Origin: Tubulanus polymorphus
Taxonomy: Eukaryota; Animalia; Nemertea
Assembly (NCBI RefSeq): GCF_964204645.1
Contig: NC_134026.1
Coordinates: 10,129,950-10,193,949 of the forward strand
Length of the DNA stretch: 64,000 nt
Direction: 5' to 3'
Position 1 is the stretch's first letter; each line of letters opens with the position of its first letter. The notes under the pieces were generated by a model, which was not told where the DNA came from, ran no database searches, and was given only the letters and a program-made list of their open reading frames with translations. Made by a program: the position numbers and the translations under genes. Below, one piece after another: positions 23,406-37,379 of the stretch.

Positions 23406-24691
23406 ATGACTGTTATGTTTCTCATTCCAGTCTGAGAAGAAAACCTGCCGGTTGATGAAAATGAAAACATGCCAGTTGACAAAGATGAAAGCACGCCAGT
23501 CAATGAAGATGAAAACTTACCAGTTAATAAAAGAGCCAAATCACAGGTATTTACAGCAGCTAACCTAATCTTTTTAGGGACCTTAAGCTTGTGACATGTT
23601 CTATGATTGTGTTGAGTTTTAAGGTCATTGCTTTCTTAAAATGTTCACAAGGTGGCGTTGAATATTGATATTTTCTGAGCATTTCAAACCACTTCTCAAG
23701 TGGGCATGGTGTCCCTGTCCCCTAGCTGAAGTTTGAAGACGCATTGATATCTGTATGTATATGTATCCCCTAAGGTCCCGTCCACCAGTAGAAAATTTTG
23801 ATTGACCAAAGTAAGATGGCCATCTTGTTACCTTTTTGTGGCAAGTTTCAAAGTCCTTTTTAATACAAGTAGCTTGGTTAATGGGATTAACTATCTAAAC
23901 ATCACTTGGGAAGAGGGAATAAAGAATGAAAAAGGAACTGTCAATAGCGCAATATGTATAAGTTGAGACCTGAAAAACTACCCCTTCTAACATCCAGCAC
24001 GACCTTAATAGTGGCCCTAGGGCTCTGAAACTACTTAGGGTCCTAGGGGAGGGTCTAATCCAAGTGTGGATACCTTAAAAAAGGGCCCTAGGCTCTTGGT
24101 TGCGGAGCTAGAAACTTTGTTGCACAGCCATAGCAGGGGTCTCAGACGGCCGCGCCACCACTTTCTGGGGACCCACTCGACCCCTTATAGTGTCCCTAGG
24201 CCTCTGAAACTTGTCGGATATTTAGAAGGACATAGGGCCCCATAAAAGGTGGCAACCTCTACAGAATTGTGGTTACACGGCGGATTTCTTTCCTTTGATG
24301 CTACATATTTGGATATGGCGATATCTTCGAACTCTAAGCGTGTCTACGTACCCAAGTATACCTCTACGGGACTAAGTCTCGCAATTACCACATAGTCCTG
24401 CAATGACGTTTGAGGTCCCGTAATATCCCATGTCCTAGAATAACCATTTAGGTCCCTTGGTGTCCACAGAGGTCCTGCAATGACCATGTGGTCAATGTAG
24501 GATGCACACATGGGACATCCCAATGACCCAACAGTTTGGTCATTGGGAGACCTAAAAATGGTCATTGGAAGACTTTGGTTATTCTTATTATAAGAATCCC
24601 TCAGAACCAACAGCGTGTATAAAATAGAAAATAAAAAAAGAAATCGTATTGATTATCATTTATGTTGTATGTACGGTATACGAAAAATAAA

Positions 24692-24736
24692 TATCTATCT
24701 ATCTATCTACCTATCTATCTATCTATCTATCTATCT
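24692..24736. repeat. (TATC)n microsatellite
   Basis: About 11 TATC units, read directly. Confidence 0.95.
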
Positions 24737-26663
24737 AACCAACACTCATTAGTAAATATTAGTGCTGAAGGTCAATGATGACATAGGCCCTACACAGTAC
24801 CTAAGATGACTTTGTACCACAAACTGGCTACACACGATGTCGTCAATGAGTTTGAGGTGACTGACCTAATCATAACTCTTGGTGAACAAAATATCAGTTT
24901 TGAAGGTTAATTTCATCACTTGCACTTTGCTTTATCGCTGAAATGTTCATATTTCTTTTAGCTTAACTGGTCCTATCTTCAAATGATACTTAAGTATATA
25001 AATGATGACCTGGGATCAGCCTTATAGAAAAATGTGTCTTAAATCAGTAAAATTAAATAACTGGATCATTGACCTATATAGCGTATGCACATCGGCCGCA
25101 GCTGCGTGTCAGCGCCACATTCATGCGTCATCTTTGCCAAACAAACTTACACGTGTGTGAACTCAGTACACATAGCCTATATATAAAATCTATAAAACAA
25201 CATCATTCCTTCGCTTTATTCACAGCTCTACTGCTGGCTATCCATTGTATGTTTGTTGAGTTATGTATAACAGTATCAACAGTATCATCAGAAAGAATTT
25301 AGGAATCTTAAACAACTTCTATTTTCTAAGAATTGAATACGCTACGAATGGTGATTATGCGGTGCAGGATTAGAGACTGGAAACTAGTGGATTATTTCAG
25401 AAGTACACTACTTATTTCATCACAGATTGTTTTAAAATCTATCTAATAAAGCTAAGTTCATTGTTTTAAATCAAATCTAATAGTTTGCCATAGCTTTGGT
25501 ATTCATAAAGCGCATCGAAAGTTTGTTATTGTTCAGTGTTACAACGTGCATGGAAACGTGTGTTTGACTACAATGACGTCTGCAATCGTGGGTTTTTCAC
25601 ATCAAACGGGCACCTGCTGTGTACGGCAAACTGGTGAAAATAGCCGACTTTAAGTCTTATTTCTCAGTAATGGCTTTACTCAAATAAAAATTAGTAACAC
25701 ACTTATCATTTATACACATATCACACTTAGAAAAAGAGGTTTTACACAATATTCTATTTAGAGGGCACTTGACCTTTAACCTCTATTTATTTAACTTAAC
25801 AAGACAAAACTTTGTAGGTCTATCAACCCAACCAAAACAACAGCATGTAAAACCTTGCCCACCTTAACCACAGTTTCTATCAACTTCTGGTATGAAAGCA
25901 TTTGTACATATACACTTATCAACCCTGTTAATATCTCAAGCCAGCAAAGCTTGGTTTAAATCAACAGCCTATTATTGCATAGTGCACATTTCAGGATAGA
26001 ATCACAGCTTTTGCCAACTAAAATCATTGCTGTGTTTATACCAAGAGCTTCAAAATGCTGTTGATTATATCTATTTTAAGCCAATGGCATTGTCAAGCAC
26101 TGACAGCAGATTTTCGTATCAACATTCTACATAAATATCTGTAAGTTGGCCAGGAAACCAAATGTTCCACTGGCTAAACTTATAATGTTCCATACTGTGC
26201 AGCAACCATACAAAATTTATTTATTTCTTCATTATTCTCTTTCTTTCCAGGTTCTCCCACCATTGATACCATCGATGATGACAGTGAGCTAGACATGGAC
26301 GTAGTCACTTCTTTGTTAAGCTTAGTTAGTAGGAGCCCTGCAACATTGGACTGAGTCTATTGAAACGACAACAGTAGACGTATATGCTTTGTTAGATTAG
26401 TAGAAGTCCTAAAGCATTAGTAAGAGCCTACGCTTGACTTGCCACGTATTTCAATCGAGTTGCGTTCGACGTGCACATATATAAATATGCTGCTACTGCA
26501 CTCCGGGTTTTGAAAGGTTAATGGGAATTAGCTATGTATATATGATTACGATTTAGATTTATTGTATTCTCTTTTAGTTCGATGAAGGCGACGTCCTCCT
26601 TGTCGACTGGACAAGATATGGAATGTATTTGGCAGCAGTTGATTCCGCAAAAAATCTGATTTC

Positions 26664-27607
26664 CTGCCAAAAGCATCTAGGCAAAAGACCGTCGTATAAC
26701 TTCAGTGAGGCCCTAGAAACAAGGGTCCTCAACAAAGAGGACGTGCAAAGCATGAAGTCGGTCGACCTGAAGATGGTCATTTGCAAGGTGCCGAATGCCA
26801 GGCAAGAGGACGACGCAATAGTTGGTGTAGATTATATTTGGCTACATGCCATGGTTAAGAAATACACCTCCCAACATGCTTAAAGATTATTTTTCTCACT
26901 TGAGGCTATAAGTGTCGTATGTTTAGTGTAAACCAAAGCACACAGTTTTTACAGTCATTGATTTACAGAAAGATCCGATTAGATACGCTGAAATAAATAG
27001 TTCTGGTGACTTGGTGACTCATATCTGGTTCATCGGTGATAAAACACCCTTAGTGTAGCTCAATTGTATGTCATACCCTATACACTCAAATGGTTAAACC
27101 CATAGTATACCTCTGGGTATGGCATACTCTATAAACTGCCAAAAGCAACTATACAAAAGACCGTTGCATAACTTCAGTGAGGCCCTAGAAACAAGGGTCC
27201 TCAACAAAGAGGACGTGCAAAGCATGAAGTCGGTCGACCTGAAGATGGTCATTTGCAAGGTGCCGAATGCCAGGCAAGAGGACGACACAATAGTTTGTGT
27301 AGATTATATTTGGCTACATGCCATGGTTAAGAAATACACCTCCCAACATGCTTAAAGATTATTTTTCTCACTTGAGGCTATAAGTGTCGTATGTTTAGTG
27401 TAAACCAAAGCACACATTTTTTACAGTCATTGATTTACAGAAAGATCCGATTAGATACGCTGAAATAAATAGTTCTGGTGACTTGGTGACTCATATCTGG
27501 TTGAACGGTGATAAAACACCCTTAGTGTAGCTCAATTGTATGTCATACCCTATACACTCAAATGGTTAAACCCATAGTATACCTCTGGGTATGGCAAACT
27601 CTATAAA
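26664..27607. repeat. 472-bp tandem duplication including the end of a coding exon
   Basis: Units 26664-27135 and 27136-27607 are nearly identical; ORFs 26623-26883 and 27119-27355 share their C-terminal ~70 aa. Confidence 0.95.
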
Positions 27608-28459
27608 GTGACTGCCCAGTATCCACAGTTTTCAATATTCGAGTTTAGTTATGTTATAGTTCATTTCAACAAAAAAGATTTCCCAAGCATAATGATATCA
27701 ATACAAATTTCAAAGCTGGCAAATTTGTACATAATAATAGCTATATAGCTATAACAGTTGTGTAGCAGTCGTAATGTATTTAGATATGCTGTAATACAAG
27801 TTTTCATCATCGAGCAATTGATGGAATTTAGAATGATTTGCACCATATCTCTATCTGTTAAGTGTATACAAAATTTTAATATCGTTGAAAAATTCACACC
27901 CCAGTATAAAATGGTATTTGTCCCCACCAATATTATTTTGGTTGCATGTATTACAAACTCGAAGTAACGCGTTCTTAGTTGGTACAGCTTTGAGTTTCAG
28001 AAACCTTTATGAAGTTTTAATAGCCATATAGATTAAATTAAATCATTAAGTGGCAGATCAACATTTGATATCAAGTTAATTATATTCGAGAAACAGCAAT
28101 TCAGTTCTAATCAATTTCATTCAGTTTCAAATTCGTATAGGAAAACAAACCGATCCGAAGTATTTGTTCCTGCCAACCACTGTAGGTGGTAGCAGATTGA
28201 GATATTGTATCTTCGTAATTGGTATAAATGTTTTGAAGACGATAGCTAGACTGGTCGTAGTGCGCAGGGGGGGGGGGGGCTATGTAAGAAGGACCTCGAG
28301 AGCACAGGACCTGAGCGATACGATATTTTGATACAGGTTCCGTGATTGCCAGGAAAATGGGTTTAGATTACTTAGTGCTTAATGATAATCATTTATTCGT
28401 TCTATTAAGCGCTATACGACATTTTGAAATGATTAGAATGATATAAAGTCTACATATAT

Positions 28460-29470
28460 TTATAGGGAAAATTACAATTTTTGGAACTAAAATTTGTATT
28501 TCCGAGTAGTACTTACCCTTTCCTATGGTTTTTGCCAATATTTTCTAAATTTGGATTGATCGCCAATGGTTTTTCTACACGACCCGGCCCTGCGGTATTG
28601 CATTTAGCCACCGGCGAAATCTGCCATCTTTTTTCTTGGCGTTCTAGCATTCAGAACGTGTTGGATTTTTACGCCATAAAAATCTAGGAATTAGGAATAT
28701 AAGGGAGTTATCACTCTCGTTATGGTGAGTCCGTTCGGTTTGGGGGCTATCCCTTGTTTCTATTTACCGTTATAATTTTACAAATATAATTTAATTGAAT
28801 TGAATTTATTATTGTGACAGAAATAATTATGCCGCCCCCTCCTAAGGGTCAACATCATGGCGGGGAGGGATGCGGGCATTTTTTCGGCGCCCGGGACAAT
28901 CACGTTTCGTGTGCGTCGTGCAGGCGTAAATCTGGACGAATCTGTGCAAGGAATAATCCTTGCAAGATTTGCGAGGTGTGATCGGAGGACCTTTGGCTTC
29001 GGGCCGATAAGGCTCTGAAGCTAAGACATCGTCGTCGAGTTAATAGTAGGGATTCGACGTGCCAACCGACGTCTCTCTGACGTGGTTCTGGTACGATCGG
29101 CTTCCCAACTCCGTTCACCGGGGAGGAACGCTGGTTCACCGGCACCGGTCTCCGGTCAATCACCGGTCGTTGGTCGTTCACCGGTTCAGCCGGTTCGGAC
29201 TATATGTTCTGAACCGAGCGCACGCTGCGGTAGTCGGGATCGACCGGCACCGGTTCGGTCGGTACCGGTCCGGTCCAGTTCGGGCACCGGTCCGGTCCAG
29301 ACGTCATCCGGTTAAAACTTCCGGTTCGTACATCGTCTGATTCTGATTGTCGCTCCAGGGATAGAGCTCGCTCTCCCACTAGATCCAGACGTTGTGAGCG
29401 TAATTAACGCGCAAGGTCTCCTTCTCGCAGATCAAGGTTTGATCGCGAGAGGGATTACGATCGTTATTGC
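28460..29470 (+). mobile_element. DIRS1-like retrotransposon 5' remnant (terminal repeat plus gag/ORF1 start)
   Basis: ATG at 28829 gives MPPPPKGQHHGGEGCGHFFGARDNHVSCASCRRKSGRICARNNPCKICEV*, the C.H..D.H..C..CR..C..C..C pattern of DIRS ORF1, then a GC-rich Arg/Ser/Pro region with CCGGT repeats. The upstream TTTCCGAGTAGTACTTACC segment resembles DIRS terminal repeats. Confidence 0.7.
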
Positions 29471-30739
29471 AGGAAGCAAGCTATTTTAACCAGCATAAAT
29501 TGACTGAAATTCATTAACCAAAAGAATTGACGTTAAACAGGTAGTACTCTGTAGGTAGTCTACATTTATTTGATATATACGATCTATCACTACTAGTTTA
29601 TAGAAGCTTCATCGGGTCGCTTCTTTAGACTAGCAGAAAAAACTCGTACTTGCCAAATAGATAAAGAAAACCCTCAAAGTGCTGCCTGTTTCATGTCAAT
29701 TCAATAGATATTGAGTTAAGACTTAATTTTGAAATATGTTTAAGCGATTTCTATAGAAAAACAAATCCATTTGCTTGTCTCGAATTTGACAGATAAATTT
29801 GAGTGAAAAAATGTTTTCAACTTTGTACTAAGTTCGATTTGCAGATTATCAAATTTCGACATTAACCATTGCGTCTTAATATCCGACTTTAAGAGGACTT
29901 ATCTCGCGATATTGTCCAAAGATTTGACGTCTCCGGGGTCCTGGGATTAAATCCTTGCCTCAGCCGGAGTAAGTTTCATAGTCTATTATTCTAACTGGTG
30001 AGATAAGAAATTCTGATCCACAGTGACATTCAGGTTTCTGTTTCGCTGATAGGAAGTTTATTGGGCGCCAGAGCCTTACATTAGGTGTACTGATAATCTT
30101 GTCTCTGATTTTTTCAGATGAACAGTTATTTGTGTATTTAATTCGTAATCTGAATATTTCGTACTAGTACATTGTAACTCAGTCATTCGTTATCATATTC
30201 CGACAATGGGGCTGATTTGACATTTCATAGAATCACTGAAAATTTACTATAAATAGAATTGTCTGCGCGGAAATCTCAACAAATTTATACCGTGGTTGTC
30301 AGGAAAAATGATCTTGGTGGAAGCTTCATCTAAAAGTAAATCTTCAGAGAACTACCAGTTTTACCTCGATTCAAGTAAAATAAGTAGAAACTAACTCGAT
30401 TTTTTACTTAATAAGCTGCCTTCGAGTTTGATGGATACATGGTGAATCCGCTATTTTCAGTCTCCTAGCAAACAATGCGCTTCATCAATATAAAAGCAAA
30501 CTACTTAAACGTGCTAACTTCTTAAGCCATCGAACCATAATCATCCGCAATAAAATCATCATGTTTAACCGGTGTCATGTTTTATAACATTTCTCTCATT
30601 CCGCCGTCATTAGTAGAGGTTTACTTTGTTTAATTAGAAGAATTGCCACATATTTCATTTTTAGCCAACTTGGGTCCCAATAGGTCTTTGCACTAACTTT
30701 TCGGCTGTCGGACCCCTAGTTTATGGCATAGATGTTCTG

Positions 30740-31165
30740 TCAAAATGAAACATCAAATTTACTAATAAAACTTTCATATTTTACTCATCAAACTTTCATT
30801 TTTTACCCGACAAACTTTCATCTTTTACCCGTCAAAATTAAACATCAAATTTGCTCGTCAACTCAACATAAAATGCTCATCAAAATATGGTATTTGATGT
30901 ATCAAATATGATCTCACATATTCTGACAAAACCAAATCGCTATCTTACATACACTGACAAAACTCATTATCATTTGACACGTCAAAATTGCTACGTAGAT
31001 ATTCTGTCAAAACGAATTGTTCATTTGACGCATCAAAATCGCTATCATAGATATACTGTCGAAATTCAAACTTCATATTTGTCAATGGTCCGTCAAACAC
31101 AGTGTATTTATCCGTCAAAAACAACGTATTTACCCGTAAAAATATTGATTTTACCCGTCAAACAC
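30740..31165. repeat. degenerate short-period repeat array (TTTACCCGTCAAAA-like)
   Basis: Many TGTCAAAA / CCGTCAAAA / CATCAAAA variants at ~20-25 bp spacing. Confidence 0.7.
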
Positions 31166-31167
31166 AT

Positions 31168-31568
31168 CAACGCTATGTAACATCGTGTTACACGAGTGTA
31201 ACTGGTTGTAACGCCCTGTAACACTATGTGAAGCCCCTGTAGGTCAAAGTGAAATATCAGTAACGCTATGTAACACGAGTGTAACTGGCTGCAACGCCCT
31301 GTAACACTATGTGAAACCCATGTAAGTCAAAGTGAAATATCTGTAACGCTATGTTACACCCCGTAACACGGGTGTAACTGGCAGTTACGCCCTGTTACGC
31401 TATTTGAAATCCCTGTAAGTCAAAGTGAAATATCTGAAACGCTATGTAACACCCTGTAACAGGGGTTTAACTGGCTGTAACACCCTGCAACACTATATGA
31501 AACCCCTATAAGTCAAAGTGAAATGTCTGTAACGCTATGTTACACCCTGTAACAAGGGTGTAACACAC
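31168..31568. repeat. minisatellite with ~83-93 bp units built from TGTAACAC sub-repeats
   Basis: The anchor GTCAAAGTGAAAT recurs at ~31243, 31326, 31419 and 31512. Confidence 0.9.
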
Positions 31569-33343
31569 TAATATTATCGGGTGCAGCCTTCACTCACCGT
31601 GTATTCCGAAAAAAACTTGAACAGGTATGGAAAGTCAGATTTTATGCACTGGTTGTACAGACTACCTCATTTCATATCATGTTAGATTTATATGAACTTC
31701 TTTCTTAGAGGAAAAACAGTTGCATTGACAGCCGGCCTATCGATGTGTGACATTTGCCATAATATTAACCATACATCAAGTCAGGCATTTGTCGTCCAAC
31801 AGGTTAGGCAAACCACTCTACCTGTATGAGGACTTGTCGTCTGTGAAGAGACAAGAGTCTATGAATGTTCAAGTGTTCAAAAGCAGGACAAAAGCCGACA
31901 GACGGACTGACGAAAATGCTGGCTTAATGTTTACAACAAACATTGAAATTGCTCAAACGCGCAGGTAGCCTATTTACTATATCAACCATTTGAAATAAAA
32001 ATATAAATAAAATAGTACAAATTCATTCCTTTTTATAGGAAATCGGATAGAACTGTGGTCATTCCATTTTTGGATTTGGCAGACACAGATCGAATAACAA
32101 CTACCAAACTGAACCGTATGATATACAACAGTGTGCAACCAATTGATATGATGGTATCACTGCATGATAAGATAAGGGTGGCATTGAACGGATAGAGGAA
32201 CTGGAAAAAAATTGTCTTAGCATCCCTAAAACTTAGATCAAGAATGTGTTTAGACTACACGCTCTTGCTTATTGTAGCAGAAATTGTGATTTTCTATTGT
32301 ATTTTCTATATTATTGAATGACTTGAGTGCGGTTGAGATGAGTCAAGTAGACATTTACAATTTTTCTTATAGTTCAGTAGCAAACTGAAGAACATTCAGT
32401 TTGATGAGGTTCTGAAATTCATGACATCAACCTGGATCGATAAATTATCCACCATCTATACGAGTGAATCAAATATTGATCACATTATTTTGAGAATAAT
32501 AGATGACAACGAAGCTCAGGTGAGAATATGATCAGTTAGATTGTATAAAACTAAATTAATAAGTGCTAGAATTACATCTAAGGCAATAGTTTCTCTTACA
32601 ATGTTCACTATATTTTGCTTTCAGTTGGAGAAGACTGTTAAAACAATAAATATTGGAGGTGTGCCTTCAGTGGCTATAAACTCGAATGATTGTGATCTGT
32701 GTGATGAATCAACATCATTAGAGAAGTTGGCAGAAAGTTTGGTGGTTTTCGCAACAGCATTGTGCAAATGGCAGGTACGCACATGTATTAATTGTGGAAT
32801 GCAAAAATAGTTTAAACAGTTGTCATAATAAAATGATATCAAGCCATGTATTTTACCAATCAATTATTATAATTATAGGAACAAATGGAAAGAGAGTAGC
32901 GAAAAGGTGCCTAACGGTGCCACTAAATTCTCTAGCACCAGCTACGTTGCATAGAATAAAATTGAAAATTGGCAGTAATGGCAGGTATATTATCATTACA
33001 TCATTTGCATCATTCAATTTAATGACTTGATTCGGACTCAGCATTTCCATTCCAGATATAAACTTTAATTCAGACCCTGACTATCTTCACATGAAAGTGG
33101 AACCGAAATGGAATCAGAATCTTCACACGAGAATGAAACTGTTCCCGCACCCGAACTGCAATCGGGATCTTCCAACGAAAGTGGATAAAAAAACTGATCC
33201 CGCTCAAAAAGCAATCAGAATCTTCACACGATACTGAATCGGATTCTGAGTCGGAACCTGAACTGGAATCTGAAACTAAGGAATCAGAAGCTGAATCTGG
33301 TTCCACAATTAGTGAAAATGGTAATAATCATATGTTTACTATT

Positions 33344-36300
33344 CTGCCCTAGCATGATAAAAGGCAGTAACTCAATTTTTGGGGAAATTTATTTTTTCAA
33401 CTTTTCTGAAGTAAAAGAATGTGCGCAATCACCTGGTCAAGTCCGTTTTTTTATATATAGTTCGGTTTGTGAGATATAGAGGGCGCTATTTGAAAAAAAA
33501 CCCTGTTAAGCGAGATAAAAAGCAGCATCTCTGGACAAGTATACATCAATCTCGGAACAAACAACAGTAACTCAAAGATACTGCGTTTCAACATAGTGTA
33601 GTTACGAGTTGCTGCTGTTCATAATAATCAATAACAGAGATACTGTTATTTAAGTCACCAGCCTATAAAGTTACTGCTTTTTAAAATATCGCGCCGCGAA
33701 GTTACTTTCTTTTAAAATACCTGCAATCAAAGTTACTGCTTTTCTACATACCAGGAACCTCGAGTCACTTCTTTTTCTACTACTCTAATTTTCTGCATGT
33801 GCTGCCATCTATTGAGTGATAGTAATACCACGCTTGACACTTTTCTTAAATGATCTTAAAATCAAACTTGTTCGCTACTGAGTTAGGAATATATTCAATG
33901 AAAATCAAGTTGCACAATTCAAATGATTAGTTAATGTCAATTTATGAGATAACTTTCAGTCATGTTGGACGTTGAAGCTGGTATAGATATTCACCAAATA
34001 TATAGGTTTCAGTAAGTCATATATTTAACTTTTTTAATGATGAAGATTATAATTGGTAATTACCATTTTTTGACGATCACTGTGACGTACTGCAATATGT
34101 CGTCCCGTGGAATGAAAATGCTACAATTGGCGCTAGGGAAAAGGTCTCCTGGTAAGTGTCATTTATTGTTTTGTAATCTGAAGTTGAGGGGTGTATATAT
34201 TCATAGATACTGTCTAAATGTCGATTAGGTTTCATTTATGGATCGATGAGCTTTAAAAAGATAAAGTTGGTTATTCTTTTATTGAAAAAAAAACGAATGT
34301 CCAAAGTGAAGAAAGTACCTCCTTAGTAATAATTTCTGTACACTCATTATTCTCGGCGGTGTAAATTAAAACGATTACTCGCGAATAGATAAGATTGCTT
34401 AAAAAAGCCACCTTCGTTGAAACATCTGATATTTTAAATATTTTCGATTTCTTTTTGCCACTACTAAAACACGATGGGTTCTGAGAAAATAACTGCTGAT
34501 GTTTAAAATATATTAACATTTTGTTTTTAGAGCGAAAACGGAGACGCTTAACGCCGACAATTCTAACGCTGCCGCCCATACCTGGACCTGTAGTCACCCA
34601 CGTTGATTTTGATGGAGATGTTCCTGTGGGTGAAGGGCTATTAGAATTAAGCACATTAAACACAACGATAGACATGAATTTTGTCAATCAGCTAAACGAC
34701 GATGACGTCAGTGATCCAAATATTGATTCAGAATTAGGTGACATAGCCCCCAATAGTTTTGAGAACCATATAGATGAAAATGTCACTGCTGATGGATATC
34801 AAATTGTGATGCGTGAACCAGCCGAAAATCATGCAGCTGATGAAATCATCACTGCTAGCGGACAGCATACTAAGATGGTTAATCTAACCGCTGAAAACAA
34901 CGTCGAACATCAAGATGAAGATAAAGAAAATCAACCAGAAAAATCGAAAAAAAAGTATAAGTACAAAAAAGAAATGCGGACCCATGAAGGCAGAAGAAAG
35001 CGAGATTCTGCGAAGCATATATTAAAAGCTGGTTGCAACGTACAATGTAGAAGGATGTGCTGTGAAGTCATATCGGAGCAAAGACGTGAGGCAATCTGGG
35101 AGGAATATTGGTCTTTGGATAGTTATAATGACCGAAGGAAATTTATTTACAATTACGTTGGTCGCACAACAGTAGTTCGGAAAACAAACGGTGGTGATTC
35201 TAGGCGGAATTTCAGTTTCAGATATTCATTTCTCGCACAAGATGGGAATGAAGTCCCCGTTTGTAAAACATTTTTTCTGACAACGTTAGGCTATCACCCA
35301 AAAAATGATTCGATTGTTTTCAACATTATGAAGAATACACCTGTCACAAATATGTCACCTGCAAATGATAGACGTGGAACAACTCATAACATGAAAACTA
35401 TCGACAAGAATATTATTAAAGACCATATTGAGGCATTCAATCCGTGTGTAAGCCACTATCGGCGGGAGCATGCGCCCAATCGGCGGTATCTACCGTCAGA
35501 CATTACAATAAAAACAATGCACCACGATTTCCTAGAAAAGCATCCTAATGGTTGTAGCTATACCACGTACCGACACCAAGTTTCAGAGATGGGTATTAGT
35601 TTTGCTAAGCTAGGAGAAGAGCAGTGCGAGCAGTGCCTCAAGCATGAAATCCACACTAAAGAGGACCACAACCTAGCAGAATGTTCAATTTGCAAAAATC
35701 AGGAAGCCCATGCAACCAGAGCAGAAACAGGAAGACGGCATTACAAACAAGACGCTGAATCTGGCCAGTTAAACGACACTATTATCCGTGCAGCAGATCT
35801 GCAAAAGGTGATCATGTTGCCCCGGATGCCAGGAATAAAGAGCGTACTCTTCACTAAACGATTGGTATGTTATCATGAAACGTTTGCGACAGTTGGCAAA
35901 AAGAGTAACACATGTAACAAACGGCCCAATATTTCCATCATCTGGCATGAAGGAGTTGCTGGACGTGCAGCAGAAGAGGTTTCCTCTGCATTTTACAATG
36001 CCATTTTGCAGGACAGCACGTACGAACACATCGTATTCTGGCTTGATAATTGTTCAAGCCAGAATAAGTGCTATTGCCTGTTTACAACAATGATAACATT
36101 AGTGAACTCAGAGCTCATCAAAGCAAAAGACATCACATTCAAATATTTCGAACCAGGCCACACTTTCATGGCTGCTGATAGTATACACGCTGGAGTAGAA
36201 GCCCAATATAAGAAGGTTCCAGGTGGAAACGTATTTAATTTTGATGATTTCCGTCATGTAATTTCTGATTCAAATGGTAGAACAATTGATGTGATTGAAA

Positions 36301-37379
36301 TAACAAATGACGACTTTCATGCCTGGACTGGGAACCAGTCGCTGGCAAAACTGGGTAAAGCTGGCCGCCCACTTCTTAAGGAAATAGTATCGTTGAAATT
36401 TTGCAGAGGTTCAGTCGAAATCCTCTTCAAAAGTAGCCATGATGAAAAAAGTTGGAAAACGTTTTCCTATCTGAAAAAGAATGTGTCCTTGGCAAATCTG
36501 CGAGTTCCAAATTTGATACGCGAACAACAACGTGGCTTGTTGACAGAGAAAAAGGCTGACATTGTGCGAAAATTGTGCCCCCTGATGCCAGAATCGAAAC
36601 GTGCATTCTGGGAGAATATGCCTAACAGTGACAATGTTATCGATCTTATTAATGCTGAATAGATGGAGCTGAAAGAGCTTGATTAACTGTGGCTGAATAT
36701 TTTCTTTAAATATACGGACAGTTGATTAATGAATTCGTTTATTCCTTTTCACTATATTGAAGATTGAGATTTTTGTTATTTGTTATAGTTCGAGTTCGGT
36801 TAAATTTTTCTGAATAAAAAGTTATCTTTTAAGTTTCAAGTAAAATTGTGAAACTTCTGTTTTCTGTAGTATTGAATGTTTATCATCAGTTTGTCCGCTA
36901 TGCAAGCCTATTTTAAGATACGAGCCCACAGTGTTCTCGGTCCCGTTTGAATATCGGGATCCAAACACCACCTGTGTGGACTGAGGTTACTTCTCTTTAA
37001 CTGAACACAAAGATGTTACTGCTTTTTATTATATTTCTCTTGAAGTTACTGGCATTTAACATTTTACAAATTGGAGTTGCTGCTTTTTATGCGGACACGT
37101 TTTTGGAATACTTCTTTTCTTATTATCAGGGACACGTAAAATATGACTCAATTTTCTGTCAAAAAGCAGTAACTGACAAAATATCAAATAATTCTGAAAA
37201 AAATGAATTTTTTGCCATGAAAATATGCGTAACCGTGTTTTGGAATGAATTGATTGTAATGGTATGAGATTTGAAGAATTTATACTAACTGGATCGATGG
37301 GGGAATGCCGTGAATCTTAAATCGCGTTTTTCTCAAAACTTTAAAAATTAAGTTACTGCCTTTTATCATGCTAGGGCAG
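33344..37379 (+). mobile_element. Sola1 DNA transposon, apparently full length
   Basis: TIRs CTGCCCTAGCATGATAAAAGGCAGTAACT at both ends; 4-bp TSD TATT (33340-33343 and 37380-37383); subterminal AAGTTACTGCTTTT repeats at both ends. Confidence 0.88.
34097..36662 (+). CDS. Sola1-type DDD transposase, two exons (34097-34151 and 34531-36662)
   Basis: Phase-1 GT-AG intron. Motifs VCKTFFLTTL, SHYRREH, C..C..H, DLQKVIMLP, WHEG.AGR, WLDNCSSQNK and GHTFMAADSIH; no stops. Confidence 0.88.

Noticed and set aside
24900-25779. Possible Kolobok-type MITE ending GACCTTTAA
   Set aside because: Only one plausible terminus; no matching left TIR with TTAA was found.
28900-29340. Three overlapping GC-rich ORFs as novel genes
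   Set aside because: They are by-products of the CCGGT-rich low-complexity part of a decayed DIRS-like ORF1.
31168-31568. Regularly spaced repeats resembling a CRISPR array
   Set aside because: Whole units are repeated with no unique spacers, there are no cas genes, and the context is eukaryotic.
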